Notes: a model not told the origin generated them from the sequence alone. A DNA stretch of 64,000 bases from Candidatus Entotheonellaceae bacterium (GCA_965238075.1 OZ250173.1:768001-832000), one strand, 5' to 3'. Counted from the stretch's first letter, positions 50,200 to 60,938 are shown. Made by a program: numbers and translations.

Positions 50200-50727
50200 T
50201 TAAAGCTCTTCGACGCTGAGGTGGTCATTCGTATAGATGCAGATATCAGCGGCGATACGCATGGCCGTTTCGGCAATCTCACAGGCGCTGAGTTGCGTAT
50301 GCTGCTGCAAAGCGCGAGCGGCGGCCAGGGCGTACGGACCGCCGGAACCAATGCCAATAATGCCATCGTCGGGCTCAATAATATCGCCTGTACCAGAGAG
50401 AATCAACGAGGTCTCCCGGTCCGCCACGGCGAGCAGCGCCTCCAGGCGTCGCAGCACGCGGTCGGCGCGCCAATCCTTGGCCAACTCCACGGCCGCGCGG
50501 ATCAGACTGCCTTGGTATTCCTCCAGCTTGGTCTCGAAACGATCCACCAGCGTGAAGGCGTCCGCGGCGGCGCCGGCGAAGCCGGTCAGCACCTGATCAT
50601 GATGCACCTTGCGGATCTTGCGGGCGTGGTGCTTCATGACGATCGTGTTGAAGCTCACCTGGCCGTCGCCCGCCATCGCCACCTGACCGTTGTGGCGCAC
50701 ACATAGAATGGTCGTGCTGCGAATCAT
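50200..50727 (-). CDS. hslV: ATP-dependent protease subunit HslV
   Basis: STTILCV, GDGQV, LAKDWR, IGSGG, ICIYTN. Confidence 0.97.
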   Translation of the reverse strand: MIRSTTILCVRHNGQVAMAGDGQVSFNTIVMKHHARKIRKVHHDQVLTGFAGAAADAFTLVDRFETKLEEYQGSLIRAAVELAKDWRADRVLRRLEALLAVADRETSLILSGTGDIIEPDDGIIGIGSGGPYALAAARALQQHTQLSACEIAETAMRIAADICIYTNDHLSVEEL

Positions 50728-51665
50728 GTCTTCCCCTGCGACCGCCGCGCGCGTGGATGGGCCCGGTCGTACACGTCGAGCATGCGGTCGACGCTCACGT
50801 GGGTATATTTCTGCGTGGTGGAAAGCTGCCGGTGCCCCAGCAGTTCCTGGATGCTGCGCAGGTCCGCGCCGTTGTCCAGCAGATGCGTAGCGAAGGCGTG
50901 CCGCAAGGTGTGCGGGCTGGTGCGCGTAGAGATGCCGGTGCGGCGGCAGTGCTTTTTGATGATCAACTGCACCCCGCGCGTGCTAAGCCGGTGCCCGTGA
51001 CGGTTGAGAAAAAGCGCCGCCTCGGACTGCCCAAGGCCGCCGATCTCCCGCGCTTCAAGGTAATCCCGCAGGGCCTGAGCAGCGGTCTTGCCGAAGAACA
51101 CCTGGCGCTCGCGATTGCCCTTGCCGAGCACCCGCATAGCGCCCGTCCCAAGGTCGATGCTCTGCACGTCGAGGGCCGCCAACTCGCTGACGCGAACACC
51201 GCTGGCGTAGAACAGTTCCAGGATGGCCTGATCGCGCTGACGCATCCACGGGATGGCCATTTCGGTGTTAGGCTCCTGCGGCGTGTCGAGCAGCGTGAAC
51301 ACGTGATCAATCGGCAGCGTGTTGGGCAGCGGGCGTGGCGCCTTGGGTATGCGAACAGCGCGTGCGGCGTTGCTGCCGACGTGCCCGCGGCGCTCCATCA
51401 ATTGCAGAAAACTGCGCAAGCTCGCCAGCTTGCGCCCCAACGTCCTTGCCTCGGCGCCCCGCTGATACAGGACCTTGAGATACGTACGGATCATACCGGC
51501 ATCGATCTGTTCGGGATGACTGAGCGGTGCGGCCTCCTCTCCCCTCGCCTCCGCCACGACCTCCAGGAATTGCCGCAGATCGCTCAGGTAGTTGCGCACG
51601 GTGTGGGGCGACACTTGGCGCTCGTCCTCAAGATGGGTTCGAAAAACGTTCAGGTAGGTCTGCAT
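50724..51665 (-). CDS. xerC: Tyrosine recombinase XerC
   Basis: [58 protein letters not shown]; trmFO-xerC-hslVU context. Confidence 0.9.
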   Translation of the reverse strand: MQTYLNVFRTHLEDERQVSPHTVRNYLSDLRQFLEVVAEARGEEAAPLSHPEQIDAGMIRTYLKVLYQRGAEARTLGRKLASLRSFLQLMERRGHVGSNAARAVRIPKAPRPLPNTLPIDHVFTLLDTPQEPNTEMAIPWMRQRDQAILELFYASGVRVSELAALDVQSIDLGTGAMRVLGKGNRERQVFFGKTAAQALRDYLEAREIGGLGQSEAALFLNRHGHRLSTRGVQLIIKKHCRRTGISTRTSPHTLRHAFATHLLDNGADLRSIQELLGHRQLSTTQKYTHVSVDRMLDVYDRAHPRARRSQGKT

Positions 51666-51669
51666 CGCG

Positions 51670-52983
51670 TTATACCACCTTCTGTTGCCAATTCCGAAAA
51701 TCCGTCAAGGCGCGGTCGATCATGGCCTCGCGCCGCAGCCGCTTGCGGCTCACCGGCGTTGGCAAAGCGGGCAACAGCCCGAAGTTGATGTTCATCGGCT
51801 GAAAAGTGTCGGGACACGCCCCGGAGATGTAGTGCACCAAGGCCCCGTGCGCCGAGGTCGCCGGCGGCACCACCGGGGCGGCGCCGCGGGACAGGGCGAC
51901 CGCGTTGATCCCGGCCAGCAGGCCGGTCGCCGCCGATTCCACGTACCCTTCCACCCCAGTTATTTGCCCAGCAAACAGCAGGTTCGGGTCGCGCTTTGTT
52001 TGCAGTGTCGGCAGCAGCAGACGCGGCGCGTTCAGGAAGGTATTTCGATGCACCGAGCCCAGGCGCAGAAACATCGCCTGCTCCAGACCGGGAATCATGC
52101 GGAAAATACGGCGTTGCTCGCCGTATTTCAGGCGCGTCTGAAAGCCCACCATGTTGTAGGCGCTGTGCAGGCGATCCTCAAGGCGAAGTTGCACCACGGC
52201 GTGCGGCCGCGGTTGATCCGGCGGCGTCAGGCCCACCGGTTTGAGCGGCCCGAAAGCCAGGGTCTGCGGACCGCGGCGCGCCATTTCCTCGACCGGTAGA
52301 CAGCCCTCGAAAAACAACTCCCGCTCCACCTCGTGCAGCGCCACGCACTCGGCATTGCACAAAGCGTCGCATAGCTGCTCGTACAGGTCGCGGTCCAAGG
52401 CGCAATTGAGGTAATCCTTGCCGTCACCGCGGTCGTAGCGCGAGGCGAAGAAGGTCTTGGTGTAATCGATCGAATCGGCAGCCACGATGGGCGACAAGGC
52501 GTCGTAAAAGTACAGCTGCTCAGCCCCCACACGACGCTGGATGTCGGCGGTCAGCGCCTCCGAGGTTAGAGGACCGCTGGCGACAATGACAAAACCGTCC
52601 GACGGGAGTTCCGTCACCTCTTCCCGAATTAACGTGATGCCAGGATGGCGGCAAACAGCGTCAGTGAGGTAGCGCGCAAACTGTTCCCGGTCGACCGCCA
52701 GCGCCGACCCCGCCGGCACGCGGCAGGCATCGGCGGCGCGCAGCACCAGCGAGTTGAGGTGCCGCATCTCGGCTTTCAGCAGGCCGTGCGCCGACGACAG
52801 GGTATCCGCCTTGAGGGAATTGCTGCACACCAACTCGCCGAGGAAGTCGGAGCGGTGCGCGTGGGTGGGGGTATGTGGGCGCATTTCGTAAAGCCGGACC
52901 GGCACCCCGCGGCTGGCGATCTGGAAAGCCGCCTCGGTGCCAGCCAGACCGCCGCCAATCACCATGATCGGGCGGGCATTCAT
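51670..52983 (-). CDS. trmFO: Folate/FAD-dependent tRNA m5U54 methyltransferase TrmFO
   Basis: GGGLAGTEAA, ELVCSNS, FEGCLP, VGFQT, AGQITGVEGY, FQPMNINFG. Confidence 0.96.
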   Translation of the reverse strand: MNARPIMVIGGGLAGTEAAFQIASRGVPVRLYEMRPHTPTHAHRSDFLGELVCSNSLKADTLSSAHGLLKAEMRHLNSLVLRAADACRVPAGSALAVDREQFARYLTDAVCRHPGITLIREEVTELPSDGFVIVASGPLTSEALTADIQRRVGAEQLYFYDALSPIVAADSIDYTKTFFASRYDRGDGKDYLNCALDRDLYEQLCDALCNAECVALHEVERELFFEGCLPVEEMARRGPQTLAFGPLKPVGLTPPDQPRPHAVVQLRLEDRLHSAYNMVGFQTRLKYGEQRRIFRMIPGLEQAMFLRLGSVHRNTFLNAPRLLLPTLQTKRDPNLLFAGQITGVEGYVESAATGLLAGINAVALSRGAAPVVPPATSAHGALVHYISGACPDTFQPMNINFGLLPALPTPVSRKRLRREAMIDRALTDFRNWQQKVV

Positions 52984-55277
52984 GGCGAGACTGCTTGCGG
53001 TTCAGCCACGTCCGCAGAAGCAGCAGCCTCTTCGGGCACTGTTTCGGTGGCGCACGCGGGGCAGCGCAGGGTGACCCCCTTCTTGGCGCGCTTTTCAAGG
53101 AGATACGGCGCGGCGCACTGCGCACAAGGCTGCGGCACCGGACGCTGCCAAGTGGTGAACGTGCACTTCGGGTAATTGTTGCAGCCGAAGAAAATGCGCC
53201 CGCGCCGCGAGCGCCGCTGCACGATGACGCCACCGCAGCCGTCTTCGGGACAATCCATGACCACCCCGTCGAGCGGGCGCGTCGTCTTGCAGTCGGGATA
53301 GCCGGTGCACGACAGAAACTCCCCGAACCGCCCGCGCCGCACGGCCATCGGCTTGCCGCATTTGTCGCAGAATGTTTCGGTCTGCGGTTGTTGGGTGGTC
53401 TGTGCGGCGCCGTTCGTGGCCGACGGCAGTTCGGCGGTGTTTTTGCACTTCGGATAGGCCGAGCAGGCCATGAAACGTCCGAACCGTCCCCGGCGGATCA
53501 CCATGCCGCTGCCGCATTTGTCGCACACTTCGTCCGTCTCTTCGACTTCCTTCTTGATGCCGCGCATTTTCTGCGTGGCGCGCTGCAAATCCACCTCGAA
53601 GGATTCGTAGAAGTCGTGCAAGGTGTCCACCCAGTCGTGTCGACCCGCCTCGATCTGATCGAGCTTGTCCTCCAACTGAGCGGTGAACTGCACGTTCAAT
53701 AGATCGGGGAAATTTTCGACCAATAGACCGGTGATGGTGATGCCGAGTTCGGTGGGCACGAGCTTGCGCTCCTGGTCCTCTACGTACTGCCGGTCGCGCA
53801 GCGTGCTGAGGATGGAAGCGTAGGTGCTGGGCCGTCCGATGCCGAGTTTTTCCAGCTCGCTGACCAGGGAAGCCTCGGTATAACGCGGCGGCGGCTGCGT
53901 GAAATGCTGATTGGGCACCAGCTCGCGGACCTCCACCTGTTGACCCTCCTGCAGCGGCGGCAGCGTCGGGTTTTGGCCGTCGTCCTCATTGGCGTTGGTA
54001 TCGGGCTGCGATTCCTCGTACAACACCGTAAAGCCCGCGAAGCGCATCACCGCGCCAGTGGCGCGAAACGCATACGGCGCCGCTTCCACGTCAACCCGCG
54101 TCTGGTCGATGACCGCCGCGCTCATCTGGCTGGCCAGCAGCCGGTTCCAGATCAGCCTATAGAGAGCAAACTGCTCGGGGGATAGGTGCGGCTTGAGGCT
54201 GTCCGGCGAGCGCAGCACCGACGTGGGCCGGATGGCCTCGTGCGCCTCCTGCGCCCCCTTCTGCTGGCGGTGCTTGCGGGGCTTCGTCGCCACGTAATCC
54301 TTGCCGTAATGCTCGGCGATGTAGGCTTGCGTTTCCTGTACAGCGTCATCAGCCAATCGTGTCGAATCGGTCCGCATGTAGGTGATCAGGCCGGTCTCGC
54401 CGGCGTCGCCGATGGGCAAACCCTCGTACAGCCGCTGCGCCACCCGCATGGCGCGCTTGGCGGTGAAACGCAGCTTGCGAACCGCCTCCTGCTGCAGGGT
54501 ACTGGTGGTAAACGGCGGGGCGGGCTGACGCAGCCGGGCGGTTTTGCGGACCTTGGCGACCGTGTATTTCGCGCCGCGCAGGTCGGCCACGATGCGCTCG
54601 GCCTCATCCCCGGTGGCGATGTTCGACTTCTTGCCCTCGATGGCGTGCAGGTAAGCCTTGAATGGCTTCTCCGGGTCCGCCGCCATAGTGGCGTTGATGC
54701 TCCAATACTCGCGCGGCACGAACGCCTTGATGGCCTGTTCACGGTCGCAGATGATGCGCAGCGCCACCGACTGCACCCGCCCGGCGCTCAAACCGCCTTG
54801 AACGTTCTGCCACAGCAACGGGCTGATTTTGTAGCCGACCAGCCGGTCGAGCAGACGGCGCGCCTGCTGCGCCGACACCTTGTGTTCGTCAATGCGTCCG
54901 GGATTTTGCAACGCCTCGGACACGCCCTTGCGGGTGATCTCGTTCAACAGCACACGGTACACCTGATCCGGGGGCGTCTGATTCAGTTCGCTGGCAATGT
55001 GCCAGGCAATCGCCTCGCCCTCGCGGTCCGGGTCCGGCGCCAGGAACACCTGCGTCGCCTTCTTGGCCTCCGAGCGCAGTTCCTGCAGCACCTTTTTCTT
55101 ACCCTGAATGGTGACGTACTCCGGTGTGAAATCGTGCGCCGTGTCGATGCCCAGGCGCCGCTTGGGCAGGTCCTTCACGTGCCCCACCGAGGCCTTCACC
55201 GTGTAGTCTGGACCCAGATATTTCTTGATCGTCCGCGCTTTCGCCGGAGATTCAACAATAATCAGGGATTTTGCCAT
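52980..55277 (-). CDS. topA: DNA topoisomerase I with C-terminal zinc ribbons
   Basis: IVESPAKA, DPDREGE, SAGRVQS, ITYMRTDS, GIGRPSTY and multiple CxxC ribbons. Confidence 0.97.
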   Translation of the reverse strand: MAKSLIIVESPAKARTIKKYLGPDYTVKASVGHVKDLPKRRLGIDTAHDFTPEYVTIQGKKKVLQELRSEAKKATQVFLAPDPDREGEAIAWHIASELNQTPPDQVYRVLLNEITRKGVSEALQNPGRIDEHKVSAQQARRLLDRLVGYKISPLLWQNVQGGLSAGRVQSVALRIICDREQAIKAFVPREYWSINATMAADPEKPFKAYLHAIEGKKSNIATGDEAERIVADLRGAKYTVAKVRKTARLRQPAPPFTTSTLQQEAVRKLRFTAKRAMRVAQRLYEGLPIGDAGETGLITYMRTDSTRLADDAVQETQAYIAEHYGKDYVATKPRKHRQQKGAQEAHEAIRPTSVLRSPDSLKPHLSPEQFALYRLIWNRLLASQMSAAVIDQTRVDVEAAPYAFRATGAVMRFAGFTVLYEESQPDTNANEDDGQNPTLPPLQEGQQVEVRELVPNQHFTQPPPRYTEASLVSELEKLGIGRPSTYASILSTLRDRQYVEDQERKLVPTELGITITGLLVENFPDLLNVQFTAQLEDKLDQIEAGRHDWVDTLHDFYESFEVDLQRATQKMRGIKKEVEETDEVCDKCGSGMVIRRGRFGRFMACSAYPKCKNTAELPSATNGAAQTTQQPQTETFCDKCGKPMAVRRGRFGEFLSCTGYPDCKTTRPLDGVVMDCPEDGCGGVIVQRRSRRGRIFFGCNNYPKCTFTTWQRPVPQPCAQCAAPYLLEKRAKKGVTLRCPACATETVPEEAAASADVAEPQAVSP

Positions 55278-55325
55278 GATCGATCATCACTCCCAGGTGC
55301 CGGGGGTTTTCTTAAGGTCCCAAGA

Positions 55326-56450
55326 TTAACTTCGTGCGAAAAATTTGCCGGGAAACTGCCGCACCATGCCTCGCAACTCAAGGGTAGCTAATATACTGGC
55401 GACAACGTGGGCTGGCAATTGGCTGGCGTGAATTACCGCCTCGATGTGGCTCTCCTCGCCGCTGAGCAGCGCCAGAATCTGCGATTCCTGCGGCGACAGA
55501 TCGGCCGGCGCTTCCTCGACGAGCGCCTGCGCGGCGGCGTGCTGCTGCAAAGCCGCGGTGCGCACCGCATCGGGCAACTCGTCCAGAATGTCGCCGACAC
55601 CGGTTATCAGCTTGGCACCTCCTTGGATCAAGCGGTGCGTGCCGCGGCTGCTCTCGACATCGATGCGGCCCGGCACCGCGAACACCTCGCGGCCTTGCTC
55701 GACGGCATGATGCGCGGTGTGCAGCGAGCCGCTACGGTCGGAGGCTTCTACCACCAGCACACCCAAGGACAGGCCGCTGATGATGCGGTTGCGGCGCGGA
55801 AAATTCCAGCGGTCGGGCTTGGTGTCGAAGGCAAACTCCGACACCACGGCGCCCTGGTCACGAACGGCGTCATACAAACGGCGGTGCTCGGCGGGGTAGA
55901 TGCGATTGACGCCGCAGCCGAGCACGGCAATGGTCCTGCCGCCGGCCTGCAGCGCGCCTTGGTGCGCTAGGCTATCAATCCCACGCGCCAGACCGCTGAC
56001 AACCGTGAAGCCATGCTCCGCCAGTTCGGTGCCGAAACGCTTGGCCATCAACTGGCCGTAGTGGCTCGGCCGACGCGACCCGACCACCGCCATGGCCAGT
56101 TGGTCCTCGGGCAGCAACTCGCCGCGCACGTACAGAACCGGCGGCGGGTCCGGCAGCCAGCGCAGCAGGTCGGGGTACGCCGCGTCGGCAAAGGTGACGA
56201 GCTGCGCCCAGTTTGCCTCCAAGCGTTCACATTCCTGCGCGAACGCCGCGCCTTGCCGCACCGCCGCCAGTTTGTCGCCGAGGCCGGGAACGACCCGCTC
56301 CAATTCCGGCACGCCGTGATGCTGCAATCGCGACAGGTCGTCCGGCGTCGCCGTATGCCGGGCGATGTGCCCGCGCACGGCGGGCCAGTTGTCGCATACC
56401 ATGTTGAGCGCTAACCAGGATGCAACGTCGGAGGAAATCGTGGAGGTCAT
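55326..56450 (-). CDS. dprA: DNA processing protein DprA
   Basis: DPPPVLY, VVGSR, VSGLARGID, FPRRNRIISGLS, REVFAVPG, LELRG. Confidence 0.95.
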   Translation of the reverse strand: MTSTISSDVASWLALNMVCDNWPAVRGHIARHTATPDDLSRLQHHGVPELERVVPGLGDKLAAVRQGAAFAQECERLEANWAQLVTFADAAYPDLLRWLPDPPPVLYVRGELLPEDQLAMAVVGSRRPSHYGQLMAKRFGTELAEHGFTVVSGLARGIDSLAHQGALQAGGRTIAVLGCGVNRIYPAEHRRLYDAVRDQGAVVSEFAFDTKPDRWNFPRRNRIISGLSLGVLVVEASDRSGSLHTAHHAVEQGREVFAVPGRIDVESSRGTHRLIQGGAKLITGVGDILDELPDAVRTAALQQHAAAQALVEEAPADLSPQESQILALLSGEESHIEAVIHASQLPAHVVASILATLELRGMVRQFPGKFFARS

Positions 56451-56617
56451 GGCGGCGTTTACAACCCGCTGGGGTTTACGTTATAGTCACGACTTTCGCG
56501 CCCAAACTGCTTTGCAGAAACCCTGTCCAGGGTGTTTCACTATAACGAGAAACGGAATCGGCAACAACGGCTTCATTCCAGGGCCGTGAGGCTCGGCCGG
56601 TATTCAAGGGGACCCCG

Positions 56618-58552
56618 ATGTTAAAACAGATGCGCGAGGCCCAGGCATGGATGATCAAAGGCGTGCTGTGGGCTGTCGTCCTTGCCTTTGTGGTAACAAT
56701 TTTCTATTCCTGGGGCGTGCAGTCCAGTTCCGGCCCGGCGCGCACGGAAGTGGCCACGCTGTGGGGCCAGGGGATCGAGGCAGCTGAATTCCAGCGCACC
56801 CAAAACGCCTTGTATCGACAATACCGGCAGGTTTTCGGCAACCAGCCCGACGTGGACCTGCGCGAGCACTTCAATTTTCGCCAGATGGCCCTCGAGCAGA
56901 TCGTCAGCCGCGCCCTGCTCCTGCGCCTAGCCGAAGAAAACGGCCTGGGGGTCACCGACGCCGAGCTCTATGCCCACCTCGCCCGCCAACCCAATTTTCA
57001 AAACCCACAAGGGCAGTTCGATTCCGACCGCTACCGCGTCGCCCTGGCGAGCGTGGTACCTCCGGTATCCATGCAACAATTCGAGGATGAACAGCGCCGC
57101 AGCCTGATGCAGTCCAAGGTCTTCGCCCTGGTGCAACAGGGTGCCCAAATCACCGACGCTGAAGCCGAACAGGCCTACCGCCACGAGCATCAGCAGGCCA
57201 ATGTGCGCTACGTCACCCTCGTCCCGAGCCTGTTCGAGGCCGAAGCCACCGTCAGTGATGAAGAGGTGAAGACTCATTACGAAACCTACAGGGAATCCTA
57301 CCGCGAGCCGGAGCGGCGCCAGATTCGCTACCTCACCGTGACCCCGGAGCCCTTTCGGGTGACGAGAGAATTCTCCGAGGATGAGCTCCAGGCGTATTAC
57401 GACAGCCAGCCGGAAGCCTTGGTCCGGCGCGCCGAGGCGCGTGCCCGGCATATTCTGTTCAGGCTGCCCGAGAATGCCTCTGCACAACGGGAGGAACGGG
57501 TACGCGGTCTCGTTCAAGGCGTGCTCGACGACCTACGAGGCGGTGCCGACTTTGCAGCCGCGGCGGCCGAACATTCGGAGGACGAAGGCACCGCCGAGGC
57601 GGGCGGCGATCTGGGCTTCTTCCCGCGTGGTCGAATGATGCGGCCGCTCGAAGAGGCTACTTTTTCGCTGCCCATCGGGGAACTCAGCGATCCGGTGCGC
57701 ACCGAGTTGGGCTTCCACATCCTGCGCGTCGAGGAACGGATGGAAGCCGGCATCAAGCCACTCGAGGAGGCGCGACAGGAAGTGATCGACGCCCTCCAGG
57801 ACGAGAAGACCCGCGAAGCCGCTTTGGTCTTCGTGGACGATCTCGTGGTCGCGATGGATGAGGCGCCGGAGCGGTTCGCGGAATTGGCGGACCAGCACGG
57901 TCTGGAAGTGGAGACCACGCCCTTCGTGGAAGCCGCCGGGTTCATTGAGGAACTGGCCGGGGCGCCGCAGCTCATCGGTCGGGCCTTCTCGCTTCGTGCT
58001 CAGACCGTCGATGCGGTGGTCGGCAGGAACGGTAACCACTACATATTTCAGCTCGCCGAAACCCAGCCGGACAAGGTGCCGCCGCTGGAGGACATCGTGG
58101 AGCGCGTCACCCGGGACGCGCGCGACGGCAAGGGTGCCGACCTGGCTTCGGAAACGGGTGCCGAATGGGTAACGCAGTTGCGCGACGGCGCATCGCTGGC
58201 GGAGTTGGCTGGTGCCCCGGAGTTGCAAGTGACCGAGACCGGCTGGTTCAGGCGCAACGAGCCGGTTCCCGACCTCGGCAACGTGAGCGAGTTCCGCCGC
58301 GCGGCGTTTCAGCTGCAACCCAACGAAGGCGAGGCGGTCGGCGAGGGCGACCGCACCTACGTGGTTCAGGTCATCGAGTACCGCGATGCCGATATGAGCA
58401 CCTTCAAGGCAGACCTGCCGGACTACCGCCGGCAACTGCTTGCTCAGAAGCAAAACCAACTGGTCCAGGCGTTTCAGGAGTCCCTCGCCACGCAGTATCA
58501 GCAATTGCTGCGCGACGGCGACTTGGTGGTTAACTCACAATATGTTTTCTAG
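56618..58552 (+). CDS. ppiD: PpiD-like membrane-anchored parvulin chaperone (SurA N-terminal + rotamase)
   Basis: N-terminal TM, ARHILF, HSED, GGDLGFF, GFHILRV. Confidence 0.85.
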   Translation: MLKQMREAQAWMIKGVLWAVVLAFVVTIFYSWGVQSSSGPARTEVATLWGQGIEAAEFQRTQNALYRQYRQVFGNQPDVDLREHFNFRQMALEQIVSRALLLRLAEENGLGVTDAELYAHLARQPNFQNPQGQFDSDRYRVALASVVPPVSMQQFEDEQRRSLMQSKVFALVQQGAQITDAEAEQAYRHEHQQANVRYVTLVPSLFEAEATVSDEEVKTHYETYRESYREPERRQIRYLTVTPEPFRVTREFSEDELQAYYDSQPEALVRRAEARARHILFRLPENASAQREERVRGLVQGVLDDLRGGADFAAAAAEHSEDEGTAEAGGDLGFFPRGRMMRPLEEATFSLPIGELSDPVRTELGFHILRVEERMEAGIKPLEEARQEVIDALQDEKTREAALVFVDDLVVAMDEAPERFAELADQHGLEVETTPFVEAAGFIEELAGAPQLIGRAFSLRAQTVDAVVGRNGNHYIFQLAETQPDKVPPLEDIVERVTRDARDGKGADLASETGAEWVTQLRDGASLAELAGAPELQVTETGWFRRNEPVPDLGNVSEFRRAAFQLQPNEGEAVGEGDRTYVVQVIEYRDADMSTFKADLPDYRRQLLAQKQNQLVQAFQESLATQYQQLLRDGDLVVNSQYVF

Positions 58553-58667
58553 TCCGTGCCGCTGGCCGTCCCGGTCGATACAGACTCAAGGCCATCGGTC
58601 AAACGCGCACGTTTCGTGGCTTGCCGGAAGTGCACGGCGTGCCAATCGTGTTCAGGAAGGAGTCGAT

Positions 58668-58949
58668 ATGCCTGTTGTAGTACGCATCCCCACCCCATTG
58701 CAGAAGTTCACGCAGAATCAGAGCGCGGTTGAAGTCGGCGGCACCACCATTGATGGCGTGGTAGGCGAGCTTGACGCGCGGTTTCCCGGCATTCGCGAGC
58801 GCCTGTGCGACGATAGCGGCGCCATCCGCAAATTCATCAACCTCTATCTGAACGACGAGGACATTCGTTTCATGGACGGCGAGAAAACGGCTGTGCAAGA
58901 CGGCGATGAGCTAGCCATCATCCCCGCGATCGCCGGCGGCCGCCGGTAG
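58668..58949 (+). CDS. MoaD/ThiS/CysO-family ubiquitin-like sulfur carrier ending GG-RR
   Basis: VRIPTPL, FPGIRERL, FINLYLNDEDIRF, IIPAIAGGRR*. AAGGAG RBS. Confidence 0.9.
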   Translation: MPVVVRIPTPLQKFTQNQSAVEVGGTTIDGVVGELDARFPGIRERLCDDSGAIRKFINLYLNDEDIRFMDGEKTAVQDGDELAIIPAIAGGRR

Positions 58950-58970
58950 GACGGGGGCCGCAAACCGCCC

Positions 58971-60461
58971 ATGGCCTTCACCGACAGCCCAGACCAACTC
59001 CTCGACGCTTGCAAGACTTACCACCGCACCGTCGCCTTGGCCCACCTCGACACCCCGCCCGGTGAGACGCGGGATGGCAGACTGGCCGAGGCGATGGCGC
59101 AAACGGAATCCGCCTGCACGATCTCCGCCCTCCAGGCTTTTGCCAACCTCGGCGCCAACGCCCCGGCGGCGCAGCGGCCCGCCATGCAGCGCCTCAACGC
59201 CTGGGGACTCGGTATGCACGTGCAACAGAGGCTGCGGCCGGCTTGGCACGCCGCTCAGTCCCGACTGCAAGGCGCCACCTGTTACGTAGATGACGAAGCC
59301 ATCCCGCTGCGCCACGCCTTTGCCCACATGGCCGCCGAACGCCGGCGCGACCAGCGGGCGGCCATCGAATCGGCCGTCGTGGCGCAGCTTGGCACGGTCA
59401 ATGAACCCTTTGAGGCATGCTTCGAAGCGCACCGGCGGGTCGCCGCCGACCTCGACTTTGATTCCCCGGACGGCCTGTGGCGCCGCATCGCGGATATTGA
59501 CGCCGTCGCGCAGCAGGATGCGGCAATCGAGGTCCTGGAAGAAACCCGCGAGGTGTACGCCGATCTGCTGGCCTGGGGAGTCAAGCAGCGCCTGCGCCTG
59601 CCGCTCAGCCAGTTGCGGCGGCACGACGTTCTGGCCCTGTTCACCTTCGCCGAATACCAGCAGTATTACCAGCCAGGCGCGCTGGTGCCCGCCATGCAAG
59701 CCTGCTGCCGGCACCTGGGCCTCGACCCGACCGCCGATGGCCGCCTGACCTGGCGCGAACGCCCCAGCCACTTCGGCCCGCCGGAAGCCCTCGCGCCCCG
59801 CGTTCCCGACGAGGTCTTCCTCGCTTACCCGCCCATCAGCGGCCTCAAGGGCGCCGAACTGTGGGCCGGCGCCTTGGGCCGCGCGTTGTTGTGGGCCCAC
59901 GCCGACCCGGACCTGCCGCTGGTCCACCGCCTCCTCGCGGACCCGGCCATCGCGGAAGGCAACGCCTGTCTGCTGGCCGAATTGGTTGCCCACCCTGACT
60001 GGCTGCGGCACTACCTGTCCGTGCACGTTGACGAAAATTACCGCCTGTGGCGCCGACTCGACCGCCTGTACCGCCTGCGCCGGCAGTTGGGCCGTTTCCT
60101 GTTCACCCGCCACCTGTATACCGCCGATTCCTTGGCCGGCGCCGCCGACACCTACCGCGATCTGATGATGGAAGCCTGCTGCGTCGATTACGCGCCGGAA
60201 TACTACCTGCTCGATGTCGATTGGCACTACGAGTCGATCGCTGCCCTGTGGAGCCAGAGCCTGGCCTGCGTTCTCATGGAGACCCTGCACCAGCAATTCG
60301 CCACCGATTGGTTCCGCAACCCCGACAGCGGCGCTTGGCTGCGCCACTTCTGGTTCGGCGCCCTGGGGGGGTCGGTGAGCGACCTGTTGCAGCGGCACCT
60401 CGACGCCTCTGAATGGACAGCGGCTCTGTTTGCCGAGATGCTTTCGGAAGAGAGATTGTGA
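58971..60461 (+). CDS. M3/M32-like metallopeptidase homologue lacking HExxH
   Basis: RVPDEVFL..P..G...LWAGALGRALLWAH..PDLP...AEG..LL..L..PDWL and DWFRNPDSG resemble M3-like proteins. GALGR sits where HExxH is expected. Confidence 0.6.
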   Translation: MAFTDSPDQLLDACKTYHRTVALAHLDTPPGETRDGRLAEAMAQTESACTISALQAFANLGANAPAAQRPAMQRLNAWGLGMHVQQRLRPAWHAAQSRLQGATCYVDDEAIPLRHAFAHMAAERRRDQRAAIESAVVAQLGTVNEPFEACFEAHRRVAADLDFDSPDGLWRRIADIDAVAQQDAAIEVLEETREVYADLLAWGVKQRLRLPLSQLRRHDVLALFTFAEYQQYYQPGALVPAMQACCRHLGLDPTADGRLTWRERPSHFGPPEALAPRVPDEVFLAYPPISGLKGAELWAGALGRALLWAHADPDLPLVHRLLADPAIAEGNACLLAELVAHPDWLRHYLSVHVDENYRLWRRLDRLYRLRRQLGRFLFTRHLYTADSLAGAADTYRDLMMEACCVDYAPEYYLLDVDWHYESIAALWSQSLACVLMETLHQQFATDWFRNPDSGAWLRHFWFGALGGSVSDLLQRHLDASEWTAALFAEMLSEERL

Positions 60462-60549
60462 GGAGAAAGCGTCGCCATTGCCATACGCGGTGTCTCGGGG
60501 ACGGCGGGTCCAGACGTGATGCAGGGCGCGGCAATAGGGAGATCAGCCA

Positions 60550-60876
60550 TTGAGCGAGTACCAGCACTGCGAATTCCAGGCCATCGAAGCCGAACGTCGG
60601 GAGGCCGAGCGACAGCGGCAGGCACGAGAGGCCGAGGCAGCACGACGGCTACGCCTCGATGCCGTCAGGCGTCGGGAAACCGAGGTCTGGAACGAGGTCG
60701 AAAAGGCGGTCTCAAAACGTAACCCCGACGGCTGTGAACAGGCTACGAGTCTGCTCCTCGACCTGCAGGCGCTGGCTGGTGAAGACGGCGAAACAGAAAC
60801 CTTCAGGAATCGCCTTCGCTCGCTTCGTGAGCGGCACGCGCGCAAGCCTCGATTCATCGAACGGCTGGCGCACTAG
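60550..60876 (+). pseudogene. Internally deleted member of the 'MSEYQYYEF' hypothetical protein family
   Basis: N-terminal SEYQHCEFQAI joined in frame to the family C-terminus (W..VE........YxxA..LL.DL..LA......F..RL..LR.RHARKP.FIERL); TTG start. The family is recalled from memory. Confidence 0.6.
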
Positions 60877-60938
60877 GACGGGCCATGATAAATCGGTATG
60901 AGCAGGCACTGCTTCGCCAAACCTGAGGCCAGCCTCGT

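Noticed and set aside
50724..51665. Tyrosine recombinase as a prophage or island integrase
   Set aside because: It sits in the conserved topA-trmFO-xerC-hslVU context, with no att-like repeats or phage genes nearby.
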